Source: Nemertoderma westbladi
Taxonomy: Eukaryota > Animalia > Xenacoelomorpha
Length of the DNA: 64,000 nt
NCBI GenBank assembly: GCA_032718475.1
Contig: JAUCBJ010008796.1
Coordinates: 33,253 to 97,252 of the forward strand
Direction: 5' to 3'
Below the pieces are notes generated by a model, which ran no database searches, was not told the origin of the DNA, and saw only the letters and a list, made by a program, of their open reading frames with translations. Each line of letters starts with the position of its first letter. Position 1 is the stretch's first letter. Position numbers and translations under genes: made by a program. Below are positions 1 through 10,359 of the stretch, piece by piece.

Positions 1-30
1 AACTGCTAAAGGTCTTCAAAAGCGCGAACA
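1..30 (+). repeat. 3' end of the 5' LTR
   Basis: Identical to 18829-18858 and ends in ...AACA; the two copies diverge immediately after it. Confidence 0.9.
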
Positions 31-43
31 ATAACAGTTTATA
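31..43 (+). promoter_or_regulatory. Non-tRNA sequence at the PBS position, complementary to an LTR-internal 13-mer (candidate self-priming site)
   Basis: ataacagtttata is the exact reverse complement of tataaactgttat at 18094-18106 in the LTR. No TGG-type tRNA PBS follows the LTR. Confidence 0.6.
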
Positions 44-95
44 ATCTTATTGCAGTAAGCAATAAGGTTGCAAATACCGTAGTGACCGGTAACCT

Positions 96-226
96 GAACC
101 GGTACTTCTGTAGGTCAGTAGGCCCAACTGCCAGAACCGGTACTGCTGTAGGTCCGTAGGTCCAACTGCCAGAACCGGTACTTCTGTAGGTCTGTAGGCC
201 CAACTGTCCTAACCGGTACTGCTGTA
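96..226 (+). repeat. 38-bp tandem repeat (about 3.4 copies) in the retrotransposon leader
   Basis: Unit gaaccggtacttctgtaggtcagtaggcccaactgcca starts at 96, 134, 172 and 210. Confidence 0.9.
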
Positions 227-451
227 TAAGTACATTAGTATTATTCGAATTTGATTAGTGTATACCGGTAGGTCTTAATACTTAATCAGGGACTGCAGCC
301 CTGAATTTTTATTGAGATTCTACTTATTTCTGTCGGTTTTATTTACTAGTAGGCTAATATTGAGCAGAAGGCGTGTGACCCTGCTCAGATTGTTCAGATA
401 ATTGTAGGGTGAGCTGCTGTCTGACTGTTGTTGAGTTTGGAGAGATTACGG

Positions 452-970
452 CGTGTGTAGAGTTTGTCTGATAAAGTGCCGTTAGTAAGTTGGGGCAGCC
501 ATATGCTGTAAGGTCAATCCCCTCTTAAAGAATAAGTCGTACTACCGTGTTAGAACGCATACTAACTAACTGTTTCAGAATCTGCATATACTGTAGTTTA
601 TTTAGGCTTGATCGTAGTCTGCCAGTGTTTTAGCCTGTGTTTGTTTGTGTGGTCTGTTCAGGTACCGTAATAGTTATTACTCAAATATTTTGTAGGCTGG
701 ATTGTTGTCTAGCTATTCTTAGGCCTGAAGGGATTGCTACGTGTGTAGAGTTGTCTGATAAAGTGCCGTTAGTAAGTTGGGGCAGCCATATGCTGTAAGG
801 TCAATCCCCTCTTAAAGAATAAGTCGTACTACCGTGTTAGAACGCATACTAACTAACAGTTTCAGAATCTGCACATACTGTGGTTTGTTTAGGCTTGATA
901 GTAGTCTGCCAGCGTTTGGTTTGTATTTTGTTTGAGTATTCTGTACGGGTAGCGTAATATTTATTATTCA
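452..970 (+). repeat. About 230-bp direct duplication in the leader (452-685 and 740-970)
   Basis: Near-identical blocks cgtgtgtagagtt(t)gtctgataaagtgccgttagtaagttggggcagcc...gtagtctgccag. Confidence 0.9.
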
Positions 971-2282
971 GAGTTTATGCGATTATTCGCAACATTCATG
1001 TCCCCAAGTTTATCCCTACAGTAATTGTGCTTGTTATACATACCGTTATAGTTAAATTAACCCCGGTACTACACGGGCTGCTTGGCGTAGGACAAGACTG
1101 GTGACATTGTGCCCTGGTCACTCCAGCAGATGCCGTGGTTCTTTTAACTGTTCAAGTATATTTAACTACTGATTATTTGTTATACCGGTACTTGTACCTA
1201 ATTTAGGGTTTAGTGTACAGTGCTTTCCGAAGTAATTAGTGTGTAGGCAGTATATTTGTGTTGTAAAGTGGTTGATAGGCACATTCGTTAGCTCTATTAA
1301 CTTCTAGGTAGGAACAATCCGTGATACATAACGTAGTACCTATAGCGATACGGTTATAGGTCGTCAGGCGGTGGTATTTTCCTATCTGGACAGTGCAATA
1401 TATTTACTACTACTTATTATTTAAATACCGTAGTATTCTGTCAGTTGTAATAACCAGAAATCTAACCCTTTGTTAGACTGGTTTGTAGACTTCCTGTAAA
1501 ATTACCCTAAAAAATTCGTACGTAATATTTTGTTGTGTTTAATTAGAGAATTAATCTCACCCGTATCGTAAGTAATTTGTAGTATTAAGTAACTTAGGTA
1601 AATTAGAATTATCAGTTTTAGTGTCAAATAAATAGCACTTCACTGAGAGCGCACAGCTTCCGTGTAGTGACCCCCAGAAATAATAACATTTATTTCAAAT
1701 ATTGACAAAACCCCTTTTAAACGGGTATATATCTATTATAAATCAACTCAAACGATTTATAAATAGTAGGCCTGCCATACAACAACTAGGTCTCAATATC
1801 AGTTGGACTACTGCTTAAATAACGGTAATAAAGTAAGTTAAAGTAACCAAGTAACCTTAAAATATTCAGAAATTCAATTATTCTAAAAATAATTGACATA
1901 CCGGTACTTACCATAGGCTTATCCTATTTATTTCTATAAATTCGAGCTGAAATCATACCGGTATTCTGTAATTAATTCTAGTTCATAATTATACTTATAT
2001 ATACTATAAGTGTCAGCTGTATACCGGTATTCAAGATGGGCCTATTATATATTTATATATATTTGTGCTAAAATTACATACCGGTACTCTGTGACAAATC
2101 TAGTCTGTAATAATACTTATATATATATTATAAGCATACCGGTATTCTAATATATTGTATATATATCACGTTACACTGAGTAACGGTATCGGTAATAAAT
2201 CGCTAGGCTTGCGGTCATACTGAATTACCAGACTTGCTTTAACTGAAACTATAGTAGTAGACATTCAACTGTATAGCTAAAC

Positions 2283-2732
2283 ATGTCTGACACTCAGCAA
2301 AACCTGTCAGACAGTCTGATCGATACAACTATCTGTGACTCAGATAGGAGTGTGGAGCGATTAAGAAAGGAGTTCAGCTCACCTCCTACTGCAAAAAAGG
2401 TCATCCCTCCAGTAGTATCAGACCCTAGGCTAATCCACCATAGGTCCATCATAGGCACTCGGGCACAGGTCAAACGGAACCAAGAGGCAGTTGTCCTATC
2501 GCAGCAGCATCTTGGTCAAGACCCTACTTCCCAGCGACCCGATAGCTCCAGTAGTTCGGATACTGTAGAGCTGACCCCCGAACGCGGAGTGCAGATGGCT
2601 GCTACAGTCTACTCGGACCCCCTTCTCACCCTTCCTGCTGCAGTCTACTCGGACCCCCTTCTCACCCTTCCTGCTGCAGTTAACTATATTCATTGCGGTG
2701 GAGGAACATCAAGCCGACTGGGCGAGAAATAA
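2283..2732 (+). CDS. Short upstream ORF overlapping gag-pol in a different frame; possible frameshifted gag N-terminus or uORF
   Basis: ATG-initiated 149 aa, S/P-rich, with an in-frame 36-bp duplication (about 2605-2679). The gag-pol frame is open from 2575 and lies +1 relative to this ORF. Confidence 0.45.
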   Translation: MSDTQQNLSDSLIDTTICDSDRSVERLRKEFSSPPTAKKVIPPVVSDPRLIHHRSIIGTRAQVKRNQEAVVLSQQHLGQDPTSQRPDSSSSSDTVELTPERGVQMAATVYSDPLLTLPAAVYSDPLLTLPAAVNYIHCGGGTSSRLGEK

Positions 2733-5700
2733 GCGAGCGACCCAAGATAATTATGCGGGATACGCCAGGGAAGAATTAATGTCTATTGTCGAGTCACAAT
2801 GGAACTTTCCCGGACTCGGACTCCCGTTGGACCTGTCCGAGGCTACTTGGGAAGATATACACAGGATGGGAGTGGCAAAAGATACAATGGATCCAGCTGT
2901 TTGGAAGAGGTCGGCATCAGGATATGTGCAGGGATTCTTCGGCTCCTTGGAGCGATTGGAAGAACAACTGTTTCGACAACCTCAAGGACCTCAAGAGCAG
3001 GAAGAGCTGCTATACCAAGTACGTGAAAGAACCCTACGCATACGACTAATCCTCTCAGCCTTTGAGGAAACTTCCAAAAGAAGACAGGACACGTCGCTGC
3101 AGGTTGCTGTCAAAACTTGGTTACATCGGGTAGATCTCCAAGTACAGGAAACGGCCCAGTGGAAATCCCAGCTGGCTGAGAGATCAACCTATGAAGAACA
3201 AACTGATGTCACCCTTTCTCAAGCGGAAAGCGAAGAGACCGCCGAGAAACCGCGAACTAGAGACGCTATCGACATTTATTTGTCCGACTATCAGCGATTC
3301 CTAGGAGACGAAGAGTTGAGTAGACGGCTGTCTGGACTTTCCCCTAATAGTGAAGGAACCAAGCTTGTGTTGGACTCAATCGATGCCGAAATGTTAGCTG
3401 CAAACCAAGCTGAATGTGATGAAAAACTCCGCCTCACTAGAGTCCGAGAAGAACAAGTAAAGAAAGAATGGATAGAGAAAAGAAAGGTGGCAGCAGCAGC
3501 GGCGGCAGAAGCAGAAGCCAAAAGAAAGGCGGCAGAAGCAGAAGCCGAAAGAAAGGCGGCAGAAGCAGAAGCCGAAAGAAAGTCAGCAGAAGCAGAAGCC
3601 GAAGCCGAAAGAAAGGCGGCAGAAGCAGAAGCAGAAAGAAAAGCAGCAGTGGCAGAAGCAGAAAGTAGAGCTTCTGAGGAGACTATCCAATTGGAGTTGA
3701 AAAATCTGCAAGAGACGCAAGACAGTATAAATAAACAGTTTACTGCTAATCAAATGCAGATGATGAGAAAATCTACTCCCAAGCGCCAGGGATACACATC
3801 CTCGGAGGAAGGCGAGACTACCGATCCTGAAGGCGGAGGAAATAGATCTCATCTAAGTAGGCGTAGAAAAACATCTTACCGCCGCAAATTGCCTGATTTG
3901 CCCCCAGCTGTTAGAAGACAGCTAGCTAGCACAGACTTGAGTAGTATAGAACCCACAGCCCAAAGTATTAAGGTCCAAAGACTCTCTACAATAGTTGATG
4001 AGCCTGAGATAATTAGGCCTGTCGTTCCCAAGGTCACTTCTGTGTTAGAGACCCCTGTACTTCCAGAGCTTAACTCTAAATTCCCTTTACATAGTACTAC
4101 ACTGCCTGTACCCGGTGGAACAGTCCAAGAGAATATCCCTGTCCAGATAGCAGAGAGAGAAATCAAAAATTTGTCTCCCGTCGTCCCGCGTCAGCCCGCT
4201 ACTATGTTGGCGACTCCCGCTTCGGCGGTTGAGTGGGTGGAAGAGGGACGGCGGGGGATGAATCTCCTGCTAGGACAAATGCAGGAGACTGTCCACCAAC
4301 TTAAGGGAACAGTGAGAGAAGGCAGAGCAGAGTTGCAAGAAGTGCAGCAAAGTATCGCACTAGAACGCGATAAATTAGTCAATATACAAAGGGGCATACC
4401 AATACCCCCTGTAACATTGTGTCAACCTGTTAGGTCTGAAGTATTACATGCGCAAGGTGTGGAGCCTACACGCATCTATACTGCTAGTGAAGTTGAAACT
4501 CCTATAACAAACCCTATTAAGGGTGATTATAGACCTGTTATTAATGATATTCCCTATAGACCTGATAATGATCCGAGAAATTTATATACCGATAATTCGA
4601 TATTAAATAACACGATGGCCCAAGAAAGCTTTACGCGTCAGATGGCTAGAACAGAAGCCCGCCAAGCGGTCAAAGTGGGAGAGATCGTCAAATTCAATGG
4701 AGATGAGATGAAATGGTTACCTTTCAACGAATATTACAAAGATAGCATACAGAACTCTGTACTATCTAACGGAGAGAAACTTAGATTCCTCATCAAGTGC
4801 TTGGAAGGACCTCCCAAGTTAATGGCGTTAAAGTTTATTGGACATCCAGATGGGTTAAGACAAGTTTGGGATACATTAAACATCAGGTATGGTAACAAGG
4901 ATAACATAGCTAAGTATTTGTATGCAAAATTAGTAGCCCCTCGACACTTCCTTAGTAGCGGGATTATAGAGTTTTCCGATGAGATTCAAGAGATCTGTAG
5001 ACAATTGGACTGGTTAGGTAAGTCTCATGAATATCAGAGTTCCATGGTTATTGGAGCCGTAGTCTCTACTTTACCAAAGGGTGGAGTATGTACACGCTGG
5101 GACAAGAAAGTGTTGTACATGAATGAACAACAACGACGAAGTCCTACCATGGCTGATCTCATGTCTTTCTTAGATGGTGAAGTCAAACTACAACTCATCA
5201 AGCAGTCCAGAGAAAAAACATCGGAAAATAAGGTAAGTGAGAAACCCACTTCTAGGAGAAGGGTAACACCGGTGTGTTACACTGACGACGGCGAAAGCCA
5301 AGCTTCTCAAGAAGAAGACAGCGGGAAAGACACCGAACGTTCTTACTATGTTGACAAAACCTCCAAGGACGTAAGTAAATACAAGGCTCGAACCAACAAT
5401 AGGAGAGAACAGGTTGCTAAGACCCCTCCTCAGTCTCCTAGCAGAATGCGCGGAAGAAAGCCCGAAGAAAGAACGAGAGTGCATCAGACTACCCAAGGTA
5501 AAGTAAGTAACATAAAACCTAACTGTGCGCTGTGCGACGGGACCCACCGTTTGAGTGCGTGTGCGGAATTTCTAAAGAAATCCCTTGTAGACAGACGTAC
5601 AGTTGTGTGGGACAAGCGGTTATGCTATAATTGCCTCAGACCAGGACACCAACGGCGAACCTGTTACTCCGACATAAAGTGTGAAAAGTGTGGTGCGAAA

Positions 5701-8700
5701 CATCACATCTTGTTACATAGTGAGTTCGAACGAGACAAGCAGAGTCAGGTAAGTGAGTCCGAACTACATGTCCAATTCAGTGATGTAAACGACACTGATC
5801 AGGAGTCTGAGATGGAAGGGTTCTATACTGACGAATTCTCCGACGCCAATGAATCCTGTTATCTAATAAATACCGCGGTGTATCGAGCACTTACTTACGA
5901 AAAGGACATCAACGATGAGTTTTCCCCAACTAATTTCGCCAAACAACCATCTTGGAAAGCTCCAGCTTCCAACGTAGGAATCAGAGAATTTCCTGTAGTT
6001 CAGGTAAGAGTTCACGGTCTTAACAAAAGCTACATAGTGAATGCCCTCCTGGACTCCGGCAGCACAGGAACATTCATCGATCAAGAACTAGCCGAAGATA
6101 TCTTTGCTGGACAACCCAAGTTCCGGACTAAATTGAATATGTCAGGAATTATGCAGGTTTGGAAATCTACCCTAACGGCAGATTACTATGTAGGTGTGTT
6201 GTCCACCCCCCAGGATAAGTTAGGAACACAAGGCATAAGGTCAGTAAAAATGGTGGCTATAAAGAACTTTGCTACTACTCAAGCAGACCTTTATAATTGG
6301 GACGAAGATGAGAGCGTCCAACATCTGAAGATACCTCGATTCCAGACAGATTATCCTGGAGTGCAAATACTTATCGGCCAAAACGCGCACGAGGCGCTCG
6401 AAACATTAGAGAAACGGCCTGCTCAACCACAACCACTGCAAACCTATGCGGTAAGAACTAGAGTAGGTTGGTACTTTACTGGCCCTTCCCGTAGAACTCT
6501 CGAAGAGAGAATGCCACACGAACAAATATATCAAGGAAGTGATTGGGAAGTGGAAAGCAGTGAGGTGGACGAACTAACTGAGGGAACACCATACTCCTCA
6601 GATAATGACGACATCTACCAACTCTTCGAAGAAGAGAACACAATTGACCTACTTACAGAGAATCAAACTTGGAAAAACCAAACGAACCTATGTCAACTGA
6701 TTCGCCCAACGGAATCCATTATTTATAATGACGAACTTAATGACGAGGTAGAGCGCTACAACGCTAGAACTCGGGACGAACTCGCCGTACGATTCTTTAC
6801 CCAAGAATTAGTAGAACCCAATTCATACGACAAAGCCCTGTCAATAGAAGAAGAAAGAGCCAAGCAAATCCAGGAAACAACCACACGTTTTTTAAAAGAT
6901 CAAGGTAGATATGAAATCGGACTACCCTTCCGAAAACGTGAACCCAGATTTATAAATAACAGACCCTTGGCTGAGAAAAGAATCAATCAATTACATCGAC
7001 GTCTTACGGCAAACACTTCAGCTAAGGAAATGTACCAAACTCAGTTGAAGAAATTTATCACAAAGGGATATGCGGAGCGAGTACCGGAAGGAACTCCAAT
7101 AACTGAAAGAACTTATTATCTAACACATCATTACGTTCCCAAGCCCGGTAAACCCCATGAAGTACGAGTCGTATTCGATGGCTCTGCTCTATATATGGGC
7201 CAATCCCTTAATTCCGAGTTGTTACCAGGACCCAATTTACTACAATCTTTGTTGGGAATACTTTTGAGATTAAGACAATATTCCATCGCGTTCGCTTCTG
7301 ATATCGAAGGAATGTTCTTACAAGTCAAGGCGCTGGAGAGAGATAGAGACATCCTGAGATTTCTGTGGTGGCCTGAAGGAGACCTCAACCAGAAACCGGT
7401 GGAGTACTGGATGACCATCCAGGCTTTTGGGATCATATCTAGCCCTTCCAATGCCTGCTCCGTGGTGCGAACCACTGCGAATGACAACCGAGACTCCTTC
7501 TCCAAAGAAGTGATAGACAACATAAAACGCAATATATACATGGACGACAATTTAAGGTCCCTTCCATCAGTAGAAGAAGCCATAGCTGTCGCGAAAGGAA
7601 CGGTAGAGTGTTTGAAAAGAGGTGGATTTCGACTGACGAAATTCACTAGTAACTCCCGTGAGTTTCTGGAAGCCATACCGGTAGAGGATCGCGGAGCGAA
7701 AGACCTAGACTTAATAAAAGACGATCTTCCTGAAACCAAGACGCTAGGCTTGAAGTGGGACACGGAAAGAGATATCCTGTTTTTTCAGCTAAAACAGCGA
7801 GATAATCCAGTTCGGACCAAACGGATTTGTTTAAGTATCCTGAGCACTTATTTCGACCCATTGGGATTTATTAGCCCAGTTATATTGATTGCTCGGAGTT
7901 TAGTACAACAAATGTGGCTTGAAAACCACTCGTGGGACGATCCCCTCAAGGGAGAATTATTAAAGAAATGGATGAAATGGGAGGACTCGCTACCTGCTAT
8001 CGAGAACTTTATAATTTCCCGTTCATATTTTGGTCATGTTCTCCCTACGTATTCCTATCAACTCCATGTATTTGGAGATGCCAGCGATATGGGAATCGGT
8101 ATAGTAGCATACCTGCGAGTCGAAACTCCGGATGGAATCAAAGTTGCCTTGGTTACCTCTAAGGCATTGATTAACAACAAGCTTAAGGTTCCTCGGGCGG
8201 AGTTAAAAGCAGCCTTATACGCTACAGCTATCGGCCGGAATGTAACGGAACAGATCGATTATCCACTGGAGAAAACTGTTTATTGGACCGACGCTTTACT
8301 TGTGTTGGAATATATAACCAATGAAGTCTGTCAGTTCAGCGTCTTTGTTACTAACAGAGTGGCCATTATTCTTAGTCGCACAACGATAGATCAATGGAGA
8401 CATTGCCCTGGTACGATTAACCCAGCTGACATCGCCTCCAGAGGAGCAACTCAACAGGAACTGATAGATACCCCTGACTGGTTGTGTGGACCCGACTTCC
8501 TGAGCAAGGAAGAGGATGAATGGCCTCCTCACCTTACTACGGCTGAGATTAGACAAGCCAAGGGAGCGGAGAAAGTCAAACCCAAAATTAGAACAAGTAA
8601 ATCGAAATTATTTAAACCGACAATCGATCTATCTGTATTACATACTGCCGAAAACGATACTTCGGATCCACAATCCCTCGCCACAAACAAGTCTGTTGTG

Positions 8701-10359
8701 GAAATTAGAGACAGAGATTGGAAATCTGAGATACCAGATGTCTCGCAAGGAATCTCACCCCTGCTGCAGAGAGCACTGCATCATTACAGTTCCTGGAATC
8801 GTCTCTGTAAAGCCATCACATACTTAAAGAGATGTTTTCACCATCATTACTCCAGGAAGCAGACCACTAGTGATCCTGCTCCAGTAACATCTGCGCAAGT
8901 TTATGTTATTAAAGATCTACCGAAGTACAAGATATCAGACCGGTTTCTAAAGGAGAAGATCAGTTACCAGGAGCATGAAGAAACTAATAAGCAGCTACTG
9001 AGACTCCTGCAATGCTATGAGGATTCCGATAGGTACTTTCTGTTGTTGAGAAATCCGCAGATGCGCTTAAGGGATCGCTTCTCTAGCACAATGATAGATG
9101 GGTTAATACGTGTTGGAGGAAGGCTTACAAACGCCCCATTATCCTTTGATACTAAATTCCCTATACTCATTAGTAATCTTGAAGTACAAATCAAGATGAT
9201 TGTAGATGTTCACAGTAAACTGTATCATGCTGGTAGAGAACGAGTTCTTAGCGAAATTCGAACCCGCTATTATTTTCATAAACCGCGTAGAGCTCTGAAT
9301 CAAGTTCTTAGGAACTGCATACCTTGTAGGAAAGTATTCAGTAGGCCTTTAACACAGCGAGAGGCAGAATTACCTATGGAACGAGTAAGCTTTTATGAAC
9401 CACCCTTTACTAATACTGGTGTGGATTTATTTGGCCCTATTGAAGTGTATCGTGCTAGAACTATAATCAAGAGATGGTGTGTAATCTTTGTCTGCATGAC
9501 TTGTAGAGCTATCCATCTCGATATGGTGAACGATCTATCTACTAACAGCTTCGTCTTATGTTTACGACGACAGATCGCTCGTTTCGGCACTAGCAATACG
9601 ATGAGATCCGATAAGGGAACGAACTTCATTGGTGCCAACAACGAAATTCAGGCTTACGTAAAGGACTGGAATCAAAGACAGGTGGACGACCAGCTACGGA
9701 TAACGGCGTCTAGCTGGACCTTTAACGCCGCCGACGCCCCTTGGTGGGGAGGAAGTTGGGAGAGATTAATTCGAAGTGTCAAGACCACATTTCACTTTAT
9801 AGTGCCGTGCCGCGCATATCTCACCGACGAACTTCTACGGACGTTAATGGAGGAAATCGCTGCCTATCTTAACGAGAGACCGCTTATGCCAGTCTCATCG
9901 AGTCCCGACTCCCTGGAAGCGCTAACACCCGCGCACTTCCTACTTAAAAAACCTGTAGCCATGCTCCCACAATCCGAGATTGCCGATGGGGATGAATACT
10001 GTCGTCGAACTTGGCAGCTTATGCAGTTGCTATCCCGTCGTTTCGCTGACCATTTTGAGAAACATTATCTGCCCACGCTACAACTTCGAACTAAGTGGTT
10101 TGCGCAGCAGGAAAATGTCAGCGCCGGAGACATGGTCCTTATTGTAGATCCGGACCTTCCACGTAGACGGTGGCAGATCGGTCGTATCATCGAGACGCAC
10201 ATCTCGGAGGATGGTCTAGTGCGCTCAGTAGAACTCGTCGTAATGCGGCGTAATTTCAAGAAACCCGGTACCCAAGGAGGTGAGGTCTCTATAGGGGTGC
10301 CGGGAACAGGCGGCGGTGGACTCGTGAGGGTCTGGGGGCACGTTAAATCTTTCTTATAG
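2698..10359 (+). CDS. Bel/Pao Gag-Pol polyprotein (coiled coil, DUF1759-like gag, zinc knuckles, aspartic protease, RT, RNase H, integrase); the final 27 or so codons come from an insertion
   Basis: EAERKAA repeats; KFNGDEMKW gag motif (~4690); CALCDGTHRLSAC, CYNCLRPGHQRRTC and CEKCGAKHHILLH (5524-5718); ALLDSGS (~6043); YMDD (7537); FGDAS (8071); NPADIASRG; H-x4-H...CIPC; GVDLFGP, SDKGTNF and WERLI integrase core. The track starts at GTG; the first ATG is at 2779. Confidence 0.96.
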   Translation: MEEHQADWARNKRATQDNYAGYAREELMSIVESQWNFPGLGLPLDLSEATWEDIHRMGVAKDTMDPAVWKRSASGYVQGFFGSLERLEEQLFRQPQGPQEQEELLYQVRERTLRIRLILSAFEETSKRRQDTSLQVAVKTWLHRVDLQVQETAQWKSQLAERSTYEEQTDVTLSQAESEETAEKPRTRDAIDIYLSDYQRFLGDEELSRRLSGLSPNSEGTKLVLDSIDAEMLAANQAECDEKLRLTRVREEQVKKEWIEKRKVAAAAAAEAEAKRKAAEAEAERKAAEAEAERKSAEAEAEAERKAAEAEAERKAAVAEAESRASEETIQLELKNLQETQDSINKQFTANQMQMMRKSTPKRQGYTSSEEGETTDPEGGGNRSHLSRRRKTSYRRKLPDLPPAVRRQLASTDLSSIEPTAQSIKVQRLSTIVDEPEIIRPVVPKVTSVLETPVLPELNSKFPLHSTTLPVPGGTVQENIPVQIAEREIKNLSPVVPRQPATMLATPASAVEWVEEGRRGMNLLLGQMQETVHQLKGTVREGRAELQEVQQSIALERDKLVNIQRGIPIPPVTLCQPVRSEVLHAQGVEPTRIYTASEVETPITNPIKGDYRPVINDIPYRPDNDPRNLYTDNSILNNTMAQESFTRQMARTEARQAVKVGEIVKFNGDEMKWLPFNEYYKDSIQNSVLSNGEKLRFLIKCLEGPPKLMALKFIGHPDGLRQVWDTLNIRYGNKDNIAKYLYAKLVAPRHFLSSGIIEFSDEIQEICRQLDWLGKSHEYQSSMVIGAVVSTLPKGGVCTRWDKKVLYMNEQQRRSPTMADLMSFLDGEVKLQLIKQSREKTSENKVSEKPTSRRRVTPVCYTDDGESQASQEEDSGKDTERSYYVDKTSKDVSKYKARTNNRREQVAKTPPQSPSRMRGRKPEERTRVHQTTQGKVSNIKPNCALCDGTHRLSACAEFLKKSLVDRRTVVWDKRLCYNCLRPGHQRRTCYSDIKCEKCGAKHHILLHSEFERDKQSQVSESELHVQFSDVNDTDQESEMEGFYTDEFSDANESCYLINTAVYRALTYEKDINDEFSPTNFAKQPSWKAPASNVGIREFPVVQVRVHGLNKSYIVNALLDSGSTGTFIDQELAEDIFAGQPKFRTKLNMSGIMQVWKSTLTADYYVGVLSTPQDKLGTQGIRSVKMVAIKNFATTQADLYNWDEDESVQHLKIPRFQTDYPGVQILIGQNAHEALETLEKRPAQPQPLQTYAVRTRVGWYFTGPSRRTLEERMPHEQIYQGSDWEVESSEVDELTEGTPYSSDNDDIYQLFEEENTIDLLTENQTWKNQTNLCQLIRPTESIIYNDELNDEVERYNARTRDELAVRFFTQELVEPNSYDKALSIEEERAKQIQETTTRFLKDQGRYEIGLPFRKREPRFINNRPLAEKRINQLHRRLTANTSAKEMYQTQLKKFITKGYAERVPEGTPITERTYYLTHHYVPKPGKPHEVRVVFDGSALYMGQSLNSELLPGPNLLQSLLGILLRLRQYSIAFASDIEGMFLQVKALERDRDILRFLWWPEGDLNQKPVEYWMTIQAFGIISSPSNACSVVRTTANDNRDSFSKEVIDNIKRNIYMDDNLRSLPSVEEAIAVAKGTVECLKRGGFRLTKFTSNSREFLEAIPVEDRGAKDLDLIKDDLPETKTLGLKWDTERDILFFQLKQRDNPVRTKRICLSILSTYFDPLGFISPVILIARSLVQQMWLENHSWDDPLKGELLKKWMKWEDSLPAIENFIISRSYFGHVLPTYSYQLHVFGDASDMGIGIVAYLRVETPDGIKVALVTSKALINNKLKVPRAELKAALYATAIGRNVTEQIDYPLEKTVYWTDALLVLEYITNEVCQFSVFVTNRVAIILSRTTIDQWRHCPGTINPADIASRGATQQELIDTPDWLCGPDFLSKEEDEWPPHLTTAEIRQAKGAEKVKPKIRTSKSKLFKPTIDLSVLHTAENDTSDPQSLATNKSVVEIRDRDWKSEIPDVSQGISPLLQRALHHYSSWNRLCKAITYLKRCFHHHYSRKQTTSDPAPVTSAQVYVIKDLPKYKISDRFLKEKISYQEHEETNKQLLRLLQCYEDSDRYFLLLRNPQMRLRDRFSSTMIDGLIRVGGRLTNAPLSFDTKFPILISNLEVQIKMIVDVHSKLYHAGRERVLSEIRTRYYFHKPRRALNQVLRNCIPCRKVFSRPLTQREAELPMERVSFYEPPFTNTGVDLFGPIEVYRARTIIKRWCVIFVCMTCRAIHLDMVNDLSTNSFVLCLRRQIARFGTSNTMRSDKGTNFIGANNEIQAYVKDWNQRQVDDQLRITASSWTFNAADAPWWGGSWERLIRSVKTTFHFIVPCRAYLTDELLRTLMEEIAAYLNERPLMPVSSSPDSLEALTPAHFLLKKPVAMLPQSEIADGDEYCRRTWQLMQLLSRRFADHFEKHYLPTLQLRTKWFAQQENVSAGDMVLIVDPDLPRRRWQIGRIIETHISEDGLVRSVELVVMRRNFKKPGTQGGEVSIGVPGTGGGGLVRVWGHVKSFL

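Noticed and set aside
7131-7763. Antisense ORFs within pol and the CRE ORF (also 50449-51030)
   Set aside because: Shadow frames of long coding regions with no independent motifs.
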